Part shown: positions 1-9,424 of the stretch, one piece after another
How the letters are laid out: each line of letters opens with the position of its first letter
Numbering within the stretch: position 1 is the stretch's first letter
Assembly: GCA_039189765.1 (NCBI GenBank)
Contig: JBCCYL010000026.1
Coordinates: 2,787 to 66,786, forward strand
Reading direction: 5' to 3'
Source: Cyanobacteria bacterium P01_F01_bin.150
GTDB taxonomy: Bacteria; Cyanobacteriota; Cyanobacteriia; CAKZMO01
DNA length: 64,000 nt
Position numbers and translations under genes: made by a program
The notes under the pieces: model-generated
What the model was told of the DNA's origin: nothing
What the model saw: the letters and a program-made list of their open reading frames with translations, nothing else
Database searches by the model: none

Positions 1-1
1 G

Positions 2-289
2 ACAGAATGGTGTTTGGATTATCTGCGCTGGTTGTCAGATATCAGTCGCTGTGGGGATGAAATTATTAATTTATTTAAGCCAGATTGTTTAGTTCAGGCA
101 AAAGGAACAGAGACTATACCCGATGAATTGTCTGCACTAGTGATTGGTGTTGAAGTGGATCGAAGTAAGCGTACCAGCGATAGTATTCCGCTTCTAAAGC
201 AACGCTTGGATGATCCGGATTTAGCATCATGGTGTGGGCGGGGTATGGTTGGGTTAGCCCGAGCTATATATACTTTATGCCAAATCTAA
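2..289 (+). CDS. 3' end of a gene that begins upstream of the window; hypothetical protein
   Basis: The reading frame is open from position 2 and the listed ORF 14..289 starts at TTG, so the true start probably lies upstream of the window. No recognisable motifs. Confidence 0.3.
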   Translation, partial: TEWCLDYLRWLSDISRCGDEIINLFKPDCLVQAKGTETIPDELSALVIGVEVDRSKRTSDSIPLLKQRLDDPDLASWCGRGMVGLARAIYTLCQI

Positions 290-436
290 CCTATTTATAA
301 TGAATGCAACTCGCTTCTAGTGATTGCGTTATGCTTGCGTTGTAATTCACTTTCTTTAATAAACAACGTCATTGAGCTTAAAATTGACGCCTGAGAACAA
401 TAATTGATGTACGTTTCTTTTGTATGAATCCCCCCT

Positions 437-3400
437 ATGACCAATGTAGAGAATGAACTTGGCAACAGCCTATTATTGCCTCAGCTAAAGGACGATCGAG
501 ATATTCGAGCGGATCGGATTGGAGCTTGGACATTACATCCTACGGCTGCTTTTCAGCGAATTGCCGCAGGCTTAGATTATCAGGCACCGGGTGAGTTAAA
601 TAGCGTTAGCTCTGTGCCGACTATGTGGGCGCATCCCCTCACGGTTGAAATGGCGCTCCATAATCCAGGACACCCGATTCGAGAGCAAATGGTGGGGCAG
701 TGGCGAGGGATGTTGGCGGCGATCGCCCTTGCTTCAGTTCTGGGGCATCCGCTGAAAGCCAAGCGTATTCAAGTTGGTAAACTGGGCTATCATCCTTTTG
801 ATCGGGCATTAAATCGCCTAGTGCCGGATGCGTTCAATGCGCTCTATGACCATCGTCAAACAGGAGATAAACATCCTTGGCGTGACTTATTTGTTTTTTT
901 CTGGGGAGATAACCCGGTGGGAATGACTTCCCCCAGCACTATTGTTGTGCCAGGGGAAGCAGCTAATTGGGGAAGCTTACGCTGGTATAATCCGACGTCA
1001 AAGCGGCTTTACTCTCCCCAAAAAAGCGAACTCAATGAGGATGATCGCACTCAATTGTGGCTGTGGTTACAGAACCTGCAAAATGCTCTGACTGCTCCAG
1101 ATTTGGGAGGCAATGGGCAAGCGGTCAACACAATTGTGCGCCTGCTTGATGAATTCAAGGCCGACCTTCTAAACGCTCCTCCTCAGGAAGCCCTGGCCCT
1201 TAGTAGTGATAGAGAATTCTTTGGTATCCCCCTTAACCGTGGGATTCTTAGGACTTTAAGTAAACCAATTAAAGCGGCTGCAAAGGATTCTAGCGTAGCG
1301 ATTGTTCCCAGCGAAGGCAAAACGCCTGAGAAGCCATTAATTTTAATTGATCCGGAAATTGCTAAGCGTTGGGGGAAAGAGCCGGAGGATATTTATGTTT
1401 ATCAGGATAAGACCCTAGCAAAAATTAATCTAGAAGCGATCGACCAATATCGTTTTCAATGGAAAGACGAGGTAAATTGTGCGACTCCGGATGACTTATT
1501 TTTAGCCGATTTGAAGTTTATTGACCATGTGGCGGAGGCGATTCCCGGTGGATTGATGCCAAAAAGCACTCAGCCTTTGGTATTTGCTGGAGAGCATATT
1601 ACAGCCTTAATCCCTCTTAACTCCTTGCTTTTGGAGTACTTCACTCCAGAAGAGCTGGTCGATTTAATGACGTTAAAACCTCTTAATGAGGGTGAGTCTA
1701 GTAAAGTTGAGGTGTCTCTAGACTTGCCTTTATCCGGTACCGACAAATTAGGGAAGTCAGAAAACTATCGCCTAACTCGAGAATATGAGCTTACCCAAGA
1801 AAATGCCCTAACGGCTATTCCAGTCTTAGAATTGTGGCCCAATTTTAAGGCTAAAGATTGGCAAGCCTACTACGCACTGTTTTTTGACCTTGGCGCAGGC
1901 AACCAGACCTTTCGAGTCAGATTTACCGGCCAAACTGAAGTTGTGCCATATAAAGATGACCAAGGGGCAAACTATATTTTGACCCAGCTATATGAGTTTC
2001 CGACGGTGATTGAATGTTTAGATGATGCTAATCAATTGATCGGCCTAATTCTTCCCAAGCAGCCCCCAGAGGTTTTCCCAAAGGCCAACTGGAAAGTAGG
2101 CGTAGACTTTGGTACTTCTTTTACAAATATTTATGTGGGACGTAGTGGCAGAGCAGAGCCCTTGGAGTTAGATGAAGAGTTGCATCTCAAGGTCACAAAG
2201 TCTCCTCTAAATAATCGATTCCCAACCCTACTACACTTTTTTGTACCAGAGAGATTTCTGCCTCCGGAAAGACCCTTACCCCTGTCGACCGTATTAACCA
2301 CCCGAGCGAGTAGTTTGCCGAAGGGTAAAGGGGAGCGAGCAATCCTTGATGGCCGAATTTTCAACCCAAATTTACGAGATTTTAACCCCCAAGAGGATTG
2401 GATTGAAACCGATTTGAAGTGGAAAAATTTTGACCATCATCGTTTATTTCTTAAGCATCTAATCCTGCATATTTCAGCCAATGCAGTAAAGCAAGGCATT
2501 GCCAATATTCATTGGATGCTTTCCTATCCATCGGCGTTTTCCCGAAATGACCGCAGCATGTATGCAGCTACTTGGAATGATCTCACCGAAGCGTTAGGTC
2601 GGGATACCGGCATTCACTCGCAGTGCTCATCAAACCCCAATAGCGAGTACTTCAAAACAGAGAGTCTGGCTATTGCCCAATACTTTGCCGATCAGGAACG
2701 ATTAGATATGGTGTATTCCACCTGTATTGATATGGGGGGAGGGACCTCAGATATCTCTATCTGGCAGGATAATGAATTAGTGCATCAATGTTCTGTCAAA
2801 TTTGCGGGTCGGGATTTGCTATCTAACTTTTTGGAACTCAAACCTACCTTTGTTGCAACTCATTTTGAGCGTGACCCGCGTGAATGGTCTAAATTGCGGG
2901 GTGGCGATTTTCATGCCAAGCTGGATGTCTTGCTGCGGTGGGAAAGTGAAGCTTGGCTTCAGAAGAAGCGGCCGACGCTGACGGATGCAGATGATTTCCA
3001 AGGGTTAGTGCGTTTGATGGCTTTGGGGGTTTGTGGCTTGTATTATTATGTGGGTCTGATCATACAGTGCCTCAAAGAAAACGGAACCTATCGGCGTGAT
3101 GTCATTACACCCGTGTATTTGGGAGGGAATGGGTCACGATTACTCCACTGGCTCGATATCACAGGCCGCTTTAGCACTCATGGGGAAATGAATTTATTGT
3201 TGAGCCGGATTTTGAGTCGGGGTGCGAATTTAGATGATTCACAAGAAAATACCCGGCTTAGTGGCCACCCGAAGGATGAAGTGGCCTGTGGCTTAGTGTT
3301 GGCAGAAACTGACCTTAAAGGGTTGGATCCTAGGTCTCCAGACTCTTTGATTCCTGGTGAAGACTATGAATTGAATGGGATGTCCTATGGCTGGGATCGG

Positions 3401-3715
3401 ATTATGGATATAGAAGAAGATATTACTAGTTTCAGTATCCCTAAATTAGATCATTTATCTGAATTTCTGTATGAATTTCACAAGGGGTTAAAGGATTTTC
3501 GGATTGAAGGAATTAGACCGATTCCTGGATATACGCCAAGCACTGATATTTCGGTAAACCCGAAGCTTTGGCAGGGAACTCAGCGATCCTTGGATAAGCT
3601 TTTACGAGAAAGTAAACTAACGGGTGATATTACCAAGATTCAGATGCAGCCACCTTTTATTTTGGGGCTTAAAGCGTTATTGCATCATCTGGGGAATCAA
3701 TGGTCGGGACGCTAA
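437..3715 (+). CDS. Large (1092 aa) protein with a C-terminal Hsp70/actin-like (ASKHA) ATPase domain; N-terminal ~350 aa of unknown function
   Basis: Three motifs in the right order and spacing for an ASKHA fold: VGVDFGTSFTNIYVG (phosphate-1, cf. Hsp70 GIDLGTTNS), CIDMGGGTSDISIW (phosphate-2, cf. DLGGGTFDVS) and VYLGGNGSRLLHWL (adenosine motif, cf. GG.SR.P). Long uninterrupted ORF, with a degraded paralog downstream at 9425-11905. Confidence 0.6.
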   Translation: MTNVENELGNSLLLPQLKDDRDIRADRIGAWTLHPTAAFQRIAAGLDYQAPGELNSVSSVPTMWAHPLTVEMALHNPGHPIREQMVGQWRGMLAAIALASVLGHPLKAKRIQVGKLGYHPFDRALNRLVPDAFNALYDHRQTGDKHPWRDLFVFFWGDNPVGMTSPSTIVVPGEAANWGSLRWYNPTSKRLYSPQKSELNEDDRTQLWLWLQNLQNALTAPDLGGNGQAVNTIVRLLDEFKADLLNAPPQEALALSSDREFFGIPLNRGILRTLSKPIKAAAKDSSVAIVPSEGKTPEKPLILIDPEIAKRWGKEPEDIYVYQDKTLAKINLEAIDQYRFQWKDEVNCATPDDLFLADLKFIDHVAEAIPGGLMPKSTQPLVFAGEHITALIPLNSLLLEYFTPEELVDLMTLKPLNEGESSKVEVSLDLPLSGTDKLGKSENYRLTREYELTQENALTAIPVLELWPNFKAKDWQAYYALFFDLGAGNQTFRVRFTGQTEVVPYKDDQGANYILTQLYEFPTVIECLDDANQLIGLILPKQPPEVFPKANWKVGVDFGTSFTNIYVGRSGRAEPLELDEELHLKVTKSPLNNRFPTLLHFFVPERFLPPERPLPLSTVLTTRASSLPKGKGERAILDGRIFNPNLRDFNPQEDWIETDLKWKNFDHHRLFLKHLILHISANAVKQGIANIHWMLSYPSAFSRNDRSMYAATWNDLTEALGRDTGIHSQCSSNPNSEYFKTESLAIAQYFADQERLDMVYSTCIDMGGGTSDISIWQDNELVHQCSVKFAGRDLLSNFLELKPTFVATHFERDPREWSKLRGGDFHAKLDVLLRWESEAWLQKKRPTLTDADDFQGLVRLMALGVCGLYYYVGLIIQCLKENGTYRRDVITPVYLGGNGSRLLHWLDITGRFSTHGEMNLLLSRILSRGANLDDSQENTRLSGHPKDEVACGLVLAETDLKGLDPRSPDSLIPGEDYELNGMSYGWDRIMDIEEDITSFSIPKLDHLSEFLYEFHKGLKDFRIEGIRPIPGYTPSTDISVNPKLWQGTQRSLDKLLRESKLTGDITKIQMQPPFILGLKALLHHLGNQWSGR

Positions 3716-3767
3716 GTGCGCTTATGTCCATTATATTATTGCTTTAGTTTGACTTATTAGGTTAAAC

Positions 3768-4892
3768 ATGACTACTGAACAAAACTGGCAAGTCCCTTGC
3801 CAAATCTGCGGCTTTCACAATTGGTTCTCTAAACTTGGTGACAAGGTTATTTATTGTCGTAAGTGTGGTGGCCCTACCTATAATGTCCGCCGTCCTTTTG
3901 ATGAGGGTGATATGTATGACTTTATCAATAAAGTTAAATTATGGACGCGAGATGGAGTAGCGGTGAGAAGGGACTCCAGTGTTAACGAGTCTGCAATCAA
4001 GAATCAAGAATCCTCTTCATCTAATCAGGTAAGTCATTCAGCTGAGCTGGCATTTTTGAAAAAAGAAAATGAAGAACTAAAAGTTGGCTTGGATCAGGCC
4101 ATTCAAATCCTTGAAAATTTGCAAAGGAAAGAATTATTTTTACATGAATTTAAGATCTTAGCAGATAATTTTTATCAAGATTTTGAACACGTGAAAATGC
4201 ATGTCGATGCAGACTTAGAACAGTTAAAAAATATTAGAAAAGGCACTGAAATTGATGGCCCAGGTGGTTCTGAGATTGATGCACAAGAAGATTTGAAATC
4301 AGAACAAAATCTTAACAAGCAACAACCATCGGACTCTGTTGATAGGGAAGTAGATGTTTCCAAGAATCCAGAACTGGATCAAGAAAAGCGAGAAGAAAGG
4401 CCAAAACTGCCTAAATGGTTAGCAAGATATAATGCTTTAAGTTCTGCTACCGATAGGAGAATCTTCAAAATATTTAAAGAAGATTATGCTGTTCAAATGT
4501 TAATTACGCCCCAGGATGCATTGGAAGGCGATTGGATGTCCCGTCGTGATGATGAGGCAAAAACGTTTAGCTCTGTTGCAGAAGATGGTGAAAGTACATA
4601 TTGGCATATCCATGATGATGAGTTAGATGGAACGGATTTTTTAGTCTTGGATAGGCAGATATTTAGTATAAATAGATCAAGTCTATTATCGATAGCGGTT
4701 TGCTATAACTTCAATACGGACGATGAGGAACAGTCCAAGCAATTTAATCCCGCTAACTATATTCTAAAAGACTATAAAGTGATCTATCCTGCCGAAATTA
4801 TTCGAACGGAGGGGACAAACGAATGGCTTTTGAGTAAGCGGGGACGCATGGACTTTGCGGAAAAAGATCAAGCGAACAATCAAGAAAACTAA
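3768..4892 (+). CDS. Zinc-ribbon (CxxC...CxxC) protein with a coiled-coil and an acidic region, unknown function
   Basis: N-terminal CQICGF...CRKCGG four-cysteine zinc-ribbon motif. Central heptad-like coiled-coil (LKKENEELKVGLDQAIQILENLQRKEL) followed by an acidic low-complexity stretch. The gene is visibly more AT-rich than its neighbours. Confidence 0.5.
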   Translation: MTTEQNWQVPCQICGFHNWFSKLGDKVIYCRKCGGPTYNVRRPFDEGDMYDFINKVKLWTRDGVAVRRDSSVNESAIKNQESSSSNQVSHSAELAFLKKENEELKVGLDQAIQILENLQRKELFLHEFKILADNFYQDFEHVKMHVDADLEQLKNIRKGTEIDGPGGSEIDAQEDLKSEQNLNKQQPSDSVDREVDVSKNPELDQEKREERPKLPKWLARYNALSSATDRRIFKIFKEDYAVQMLITPQDALEGDWMSRRDDEAKTFSSVAEDGESTYWHIHDDELDGTDFLVLDRQIFSINRSSLLSIAVCYNFNTDDEEQSKQFNPANYILKDYKVIYPAEIIRTEGTNEWLLSKRGRMDFAEKDQANNQEN

Positions 4893-5090
4893 AATAGTCC
4901 AAAGTTAGAGTCCCGACCGCTTTAAGAAACTGAAGTTCTGGGCCAGCTCATTTTATTTCTGATTCCATGCCATTGCGCTAGAGGAGTTTTCCACGGCTGA
5001 GTTCATTCAACGTAAGACTCAATAAAGAAACTGTATCAGGGGGATCTTTAGCTTTTGATATCAACAGGAAAAGGCTTTTAAGGAGGATCC

Positions 5091-7523
5091 ATGAACTTTA
5101 AACAAATGCCTAAATATTGGCTTTTGTTATTAGTATTAGTCACAGGCATAGGCGTAGGCACCGCTCACCTCCGTCGGGCAACTCCTCCTTCAGATTTTTT
5201 AACGGAACAAAACACCCCAACGGATCAGGCAGGAGCTGTTCAGGACGACATAGAACTGAATTTAAATCAACTACAAGCCGACCTGGGTGACAGTATTTCT
5301 GTGGAAGAGCATGTCAACAAAATTGTTGAAGCTTACACGATTTACAATGACAGTCTTCAAGCAAGTTTGATTGAGCCGCTCAAAACTATTGCCGAGAAAC
5401 CTGGGGAACATAGAAGTAAAGCATTTATCAAAAATGTTCCTCTGAATATTGAGGCCGTTAACGATCAGCTGGAGACGCTGCATGGCTTTATTGTTGCCTT
5501 TAGTACTGATGTAATCGTCATTACAGTTAGTAGGGAAGATACGGACCGATTAGCTACCGTACTGAATGAGCTTGGAGCTATTCAAGAGGCAATTGAAGAG
5601 ATTCAAACTTTGTTGATTAAGCCGCTAATGTCTCCAGATGGCGAGCCAACCAGCGAAGAGGACTCAAGAACAGGCGAAAATGCCCAGCAGACGACCAACG
5701 CAGATAACCAGGCAACCATTGGCGATTACCCGGATATGGCTGAAGATGACCCGGATAAAGCCCAAGAGATTGCCCAGTTGATTGAGGAAATGGGTCCTAA
5801 AGGTATTTTTGTAAACCTTAGCTATAAAGAAGGACATGAGGATCTCCCGCCTGACGATCCTACTATCCCAGAAAAGTCTCGTTCCAAAGTAATTGCGTCT
5901 CTTCAGGAAAATATTGAGGAAGTAAAAAATATCCCTGCAGTTACCTTAAAAACATTAGGTTTCTATGGTCCTGCTACCTTTGCTGGAATTGAGGAGTTTT
6001 TGCAGTATCGAAATGAAACCATCAGCAATACTCAGTTGATTAGGGTTTCACTGGCTCCAGCTCCAGAGGATTTTCTCGTCAATACTCGTTGGAGAGGGAA
6101 TTTTGTTTTAAGTCTACTTGTCCTTGGTGCCTTAGCCGTTGCCTTATGGTTATTCACAAAACAACAAGGTAGACGTGTACAGAAAACTACCCGCCCAAGT
6201 GATGCTCCGGATCTAAATTGGCAAGGTGATGACCAAACTTCGATGTCTATGCTTAGCATGCAACAGGATATTCTCAAAAGATTAAGCCGTCTTGAAACAC
6301 GCATATCTTCTAAACATCTTGCTTCTTCCGTTAAACGGCTTGAGAAAGATATGATTTCTATTCAAGAGAAGCTCGGAGAAGAACTAGGCATATTGCACGA
6401 AGCAGTATCAAGAAGCCAAGGGCATGGTGAATCCACTAGCTTCCCTTCATCAGCTCAGCTTGGGGAAGTTACTATACTTTATAGACAGCAACCAACACGT
6501 TTTTATATTACGGATACGGTCGCACCATCTCAGGAGAGCCAAGAAGCCTTTTGGTCAGGGCGAAAAACAGATTTCTCTTTTATCACATCGGACCAAGGTG
6601 ACTATTACATTGTTACGCAAGATCAACGTACATACTATGTTGTTCTCCGAGAGAATTTCCCTTTCTCTTCCGGAGCTAATGCCATAATTAAAATGTCGTA
6701 TGAATACGACCATAAGCCAAATCCTAAAGATTTGCACCGTAATTACTTGGAGCTAGCCAGCGTTGAGGAGCATGGGGGGGCAAATGTCTGGGTACTTAAA
6801 ACGCGGGGACACCTGTCTTTTATAGATGGCAGCTTTAAGTCTAGTGTTGCTTTGCCACCTATTGCTCTTCCAGCCAAGCAAAAAATGATCGTTTCAGATA
6901 ATTCAAGTGCGGGTGACCATAAGAAGGCACTAACTCAGGAGATGACGCAGTTACGGACAGTGCTGGCTGAAATTAAACAATCTGTGACAAATCTGTCGTC
7001 ACAGGACACCGATAGAAGCAAGAAAGTTCAGGCATTAGAACAAAAAGTGTTGGGGTTGCAGGTCGTAATGGGAGAATTTACACAGCAGTTACATAACCTA
7101 CAGCAGTTTGTGCCTAGTCCTGAGGTGAATTGGGTGCAAAATTATAACCAGTCAGCGTCTCGACTTCGTGATTTTGCGGTAGTGGTGGAACAAACGGATG
7201 CTAGCTTGACTCAATATTTTCAGGGCATCAAGGATGTTTCGGTGCATTTTGAGCGTAACCCTCAAGGCATCTATTGGATAATGCCAGGAAAAATTTCTGA
7301 GCGTGGCGATCAGTTTGATTATTTAGTGCCAAAAAAAGAGGATATTAGGCTGAATCTGAATGCTTTACAATCAGTCAAGGCATGCTTTGACGTTCCAGAG
7401 CAAACGTCTGGCAATACGGATTTTGAACTAGTGTATCCGGCTATGGTACGGGCATCAGGCACCGTTGGTCGTTGGGAATTGGTAAAGCCAGGACAGTTAA
7501 AACTTAAGGATGGGACCCCATGA
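5091..7523 (+). CDS. Signal-peptide/transmembrane protein, paralog A (810 aa), unknown function
   Basis: Strong Shine-Dalgarno AAGGAGG at 5079-5085. N-terminal signal-like hydrophobic segment (WLLLLVLVTGIGVG), one internal TM helix (FVLSLLVLGALAVALWLF) and coiled-coil segments. About 85% identical over the first ~575 aa to the next gene. Confidence 0.6.
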   Translation: MNFKQMPKYWLLLLVLVTGIGVGTAHLRRATPPSDFLTEQNTPTDQAGAVQDDIELNLNQLQADLGDSISVEEHVNKIVEAYTIYNDSLQASLIEPLKTIAEKPGEHRSKAFIKNVPLNIEAVNDQLETLHGFIVAFSTDVIVITVSREDTDRLATVLNELGAIQEAIEEIQTLLIKPLMSPDGEPTSEEDSRTGENAQQTTNADNQATIGDYPDMAEDDPDKAQEIAQLIEEMGPKGIFVNLSYKEGHEDLPPDDPTIPEKSRSKVIASLQENIEEVKNIPAVTLKTLGFYGPATFAGIEEFLQYRNETISNTQLIRVSLAPAPEDFLVNTRWRGNFVLSLLVLGALAVALWLFTKQQGRRVQKTTRPSDAPDLNWQGDDQTSMSMLSMQQDILKRLSRLETRISSKHLASSVKRLEKDMISIQEKLGEELGILHEAVSRSQGHGESTSFPSSAQLGEVTILYRQQPTRFYITDTVAPSQESQEAFWSGRKTDFSFITSDQGDYYIVTQDQRTYYVVLRENFPFSSGANAIIKMSYEYDHKPNPKDLHRNYLELASVEEHGGANVWVLKTRGHLSFIDGSFKSSVALPPIALPAKQKMIVSDNSSAGDHKKALTQEMTQLRTVLAEIKQSVTNLSSQDTDRSKKVQALEQKVLGLQVVMGEFTQQLHNLQQFVPSPEVNWVQNYNQSASRLRDFAVVVEQTDASLTQYFQGIKDVSVHFERNPQGIYWIMPGKISERGDQFDYLVPKKEDIRLNLNALQSVKACFDVPEQTSGNTDFELVYPAMVRASGTVGRWELVKPGQLKLKDGTP

Positions 7524-9256
7524 ACTTTAAACGAATGCCTAAATCCTGGCTTTTGGTATTAGCATTAGTCGCAAGCATAGGCATTGGCAACGCTCACCTC
7601 CGTCGAGCAACTCCTCCTTCAGATCCGTTAACGGAACAAAATACCCCAACGGATCAAACAGGGGCTGTTCAGGACAACGTAGAACTAAATTTAAATCAAC
7701 TACAAGCAGACCTGGGTGGTAGTATTTCTGTGGAAGAGCATGTCAACAACATTGTTGAGGCCCACAAGGCTTTCAATGACAGTCTTCAAGCAAGTTTGAT
7801 CAACCCACTCAACACTATTGCCCAAGAACCTGCGGAACATAGAAGTAAAGAGTTTATCAAAAGTGTTCCTCTGGATATTGAGGCCGTTAGCGATCAGTTG
7901 GAGACGCTGTATGATTTTGTTGTTGATTTTAAGACTGATGTCATCCGCATTACAGCTGATAGGGAAGATACGGACCGATTGACTACCGTACAGAATGAGC
8001 TTGGAGCTATTCAAGAGGCAATTGAAGAGATTCAAACTTTGTTGATTAAGCCGCTAATGCCTCCAGATGGTGAATCGACCAGCGAAGGGGACTCAACAAC
8101 AGGCGAAGATGCCCCGCAGACGACCAACGCAGATAACCAAACAGCCATTGACGGTTACCCGCAGATGGCTGAAGATGACCCACAGATGGCCCAAGTTATT
8201 GCCCAGTCGATTGAGGAAATGGGTCCTAAAGGTATTTTTGTAAACCTTAGCTATAAGGAAGGACATGAGGCTCTCCCGCCTAACGATCCCACTCTTCCAG
8301 AAAAGTCTCGGTCAAAAGTCATTGCATCTCTTCAGGAAAATATTGAGGAAGTAAAAAAGATACCTACAGTTAACTCAGAAACATTAGGTTTCTATGATAC
8401 TAGTACCTTTGCTGGAATTGAGGAGTTTTTGCAGAATCAAAATAAGGCCATCAGCAATACTCAGTTGATTAGGGCTTCACTGGCTCCAGCTCCAGCGGAT
8501 TCTCTCGACAATACTCGTTGGAGGGAGAATTTTATTTTAAGTCTACTTGTCCTTGGTGTTTTAGCCGTTGCCTTATGGTTGTTTGCAAAACAACAAGGTA
8601 GAGGTGTACAGAAAACTATCCGACCAAGTGATGCTCCGGATCTAAATTGGCAAGGTGATGCTCCAACCTTAATGTCTATTTTTAGAACGCAACAGGATAT
8701 TCTCGAAAGATTGAGCCGTCTTGAAAAACGCAAATCTTCTTCTAAACTTGATTCTTCCGTTAAACGGCTTGAGAAAGATATGATTTCTATTCAAGAGAAG
8801 CTCGGAGAAGAACTAGGCATATTGCATAAAGCATTATCAAGAATCCAAGGACCTGGTGAGCCTACTAGTTTTCCCCCAGCAGCTCGGATTGGGGACATTG
8901 TTATACTTTTTAGACAGCAACCAACGCGTTTTTATATTACGGATACGGTCGCACTCTCCCAGGAAAGCCAAGAAGCCTTTTGGTCAGCTCAAAAAACAGC
9001 TTTCGCTTTTATCTCATCGAACCAGGGTGATTATCATATTGTTACGCAAGATCAACGTATATACTATGTTGTTCTCCGAGAGGATTTCCCTTTCTCTTCC
9101 GGCGCTAATGACATCATTAAAGCCTCGTATGAATATGACCAGAAGCCAAATCTTAAAGATTTAAACCGTAATTACTTAAAGTTAGCCAAAGTTGAGGTTC
9201 ATGGGGGGGCAAATGTCTGGATACTTAAAACGCGTGGGGAAATTAGCTTTGAATAA
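7520..9256 (+). CDS. Signal-peptide/transmembrane protein, paralog B (578 aa), truncated relative to paralog A
   Basis: Start overlaps the stop of paralog A (ATGA). Collinear similarity to paralog A residues 1-575 at both protein and nucleotide level. Similarity stops at the stop codon, so it lacks the C-terminal ~235 aa present in A. Confidence 0.55.
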   Translation: MNFKRMPKSWLLVLALVASIGIGNAHLRRATPPSDPLTEQNTPTDQTGAVQDNVELNLNQLQADLGGSISVEEHVNNIVEAHKAFNDSLQASLINPLNTIAQEPAEHRSKEFIKSVPLDIEAVSDQLETLYDFVVDFKTDVIRITADREDTDRLTTVQNELGAIQEAIEEIQTLLIKPLMPPDGESTSEGDSTTGEDAPQTTNADNQTAIDGYPQMAEDDPQMAQVIAQSIEEMGPKGIFVNLSYKEGHEALPPNDPTLPEKSRSKVIASLQENIEEVKKIPTVNSETLGFYDTSTFAGIEEFLQNQNKAISNTQLIRASLAPAPADSLDNTRWRENFILSLLVLGVLAVALWLFAKQQGRGVQKTIRPSDAPDLNWQGDAPTLMSIFRTQQDILERLSRLEKRKSSSKLDSSVKRLEKDMISIQEKLGEELGILHKALSRIQGPGEPTSFPPAARIGDIVILFRQQPTRFYITDTVALSQESQEAFWSAQKTAFAFISSNQGDYHIVTQDQRIYYVVLREDFPFSSGANDIIKASYEYDQKPNLKDLNRNYLKLAKVEVHGGANVWILKTRGEISFE

Positions 9257-9424
9257 GCTCACACACTTTGAATTTCCTCTATTTGGAAACCTAAAATTTT
9301 AATCTGGATTAGGTTGTTCGTGTCAGTATTGCTATTCAATGGCATGTAACCTCACTTCTTCCAAATTAAATAGAAATTTTTAAGCTTTTCTGTTTCAGAT
9401 TTACTATGTAGACTTGTAGATATA

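Noticed and set aside
580-3001. Small antisense ORFs (580-762, 2131-2364, 2819-3001) inside the 1092-aa gene
   Set aside because: They are fully embedded antisense within a long, motif-bearing ORF and have no RBS; typical spurious ORFs.
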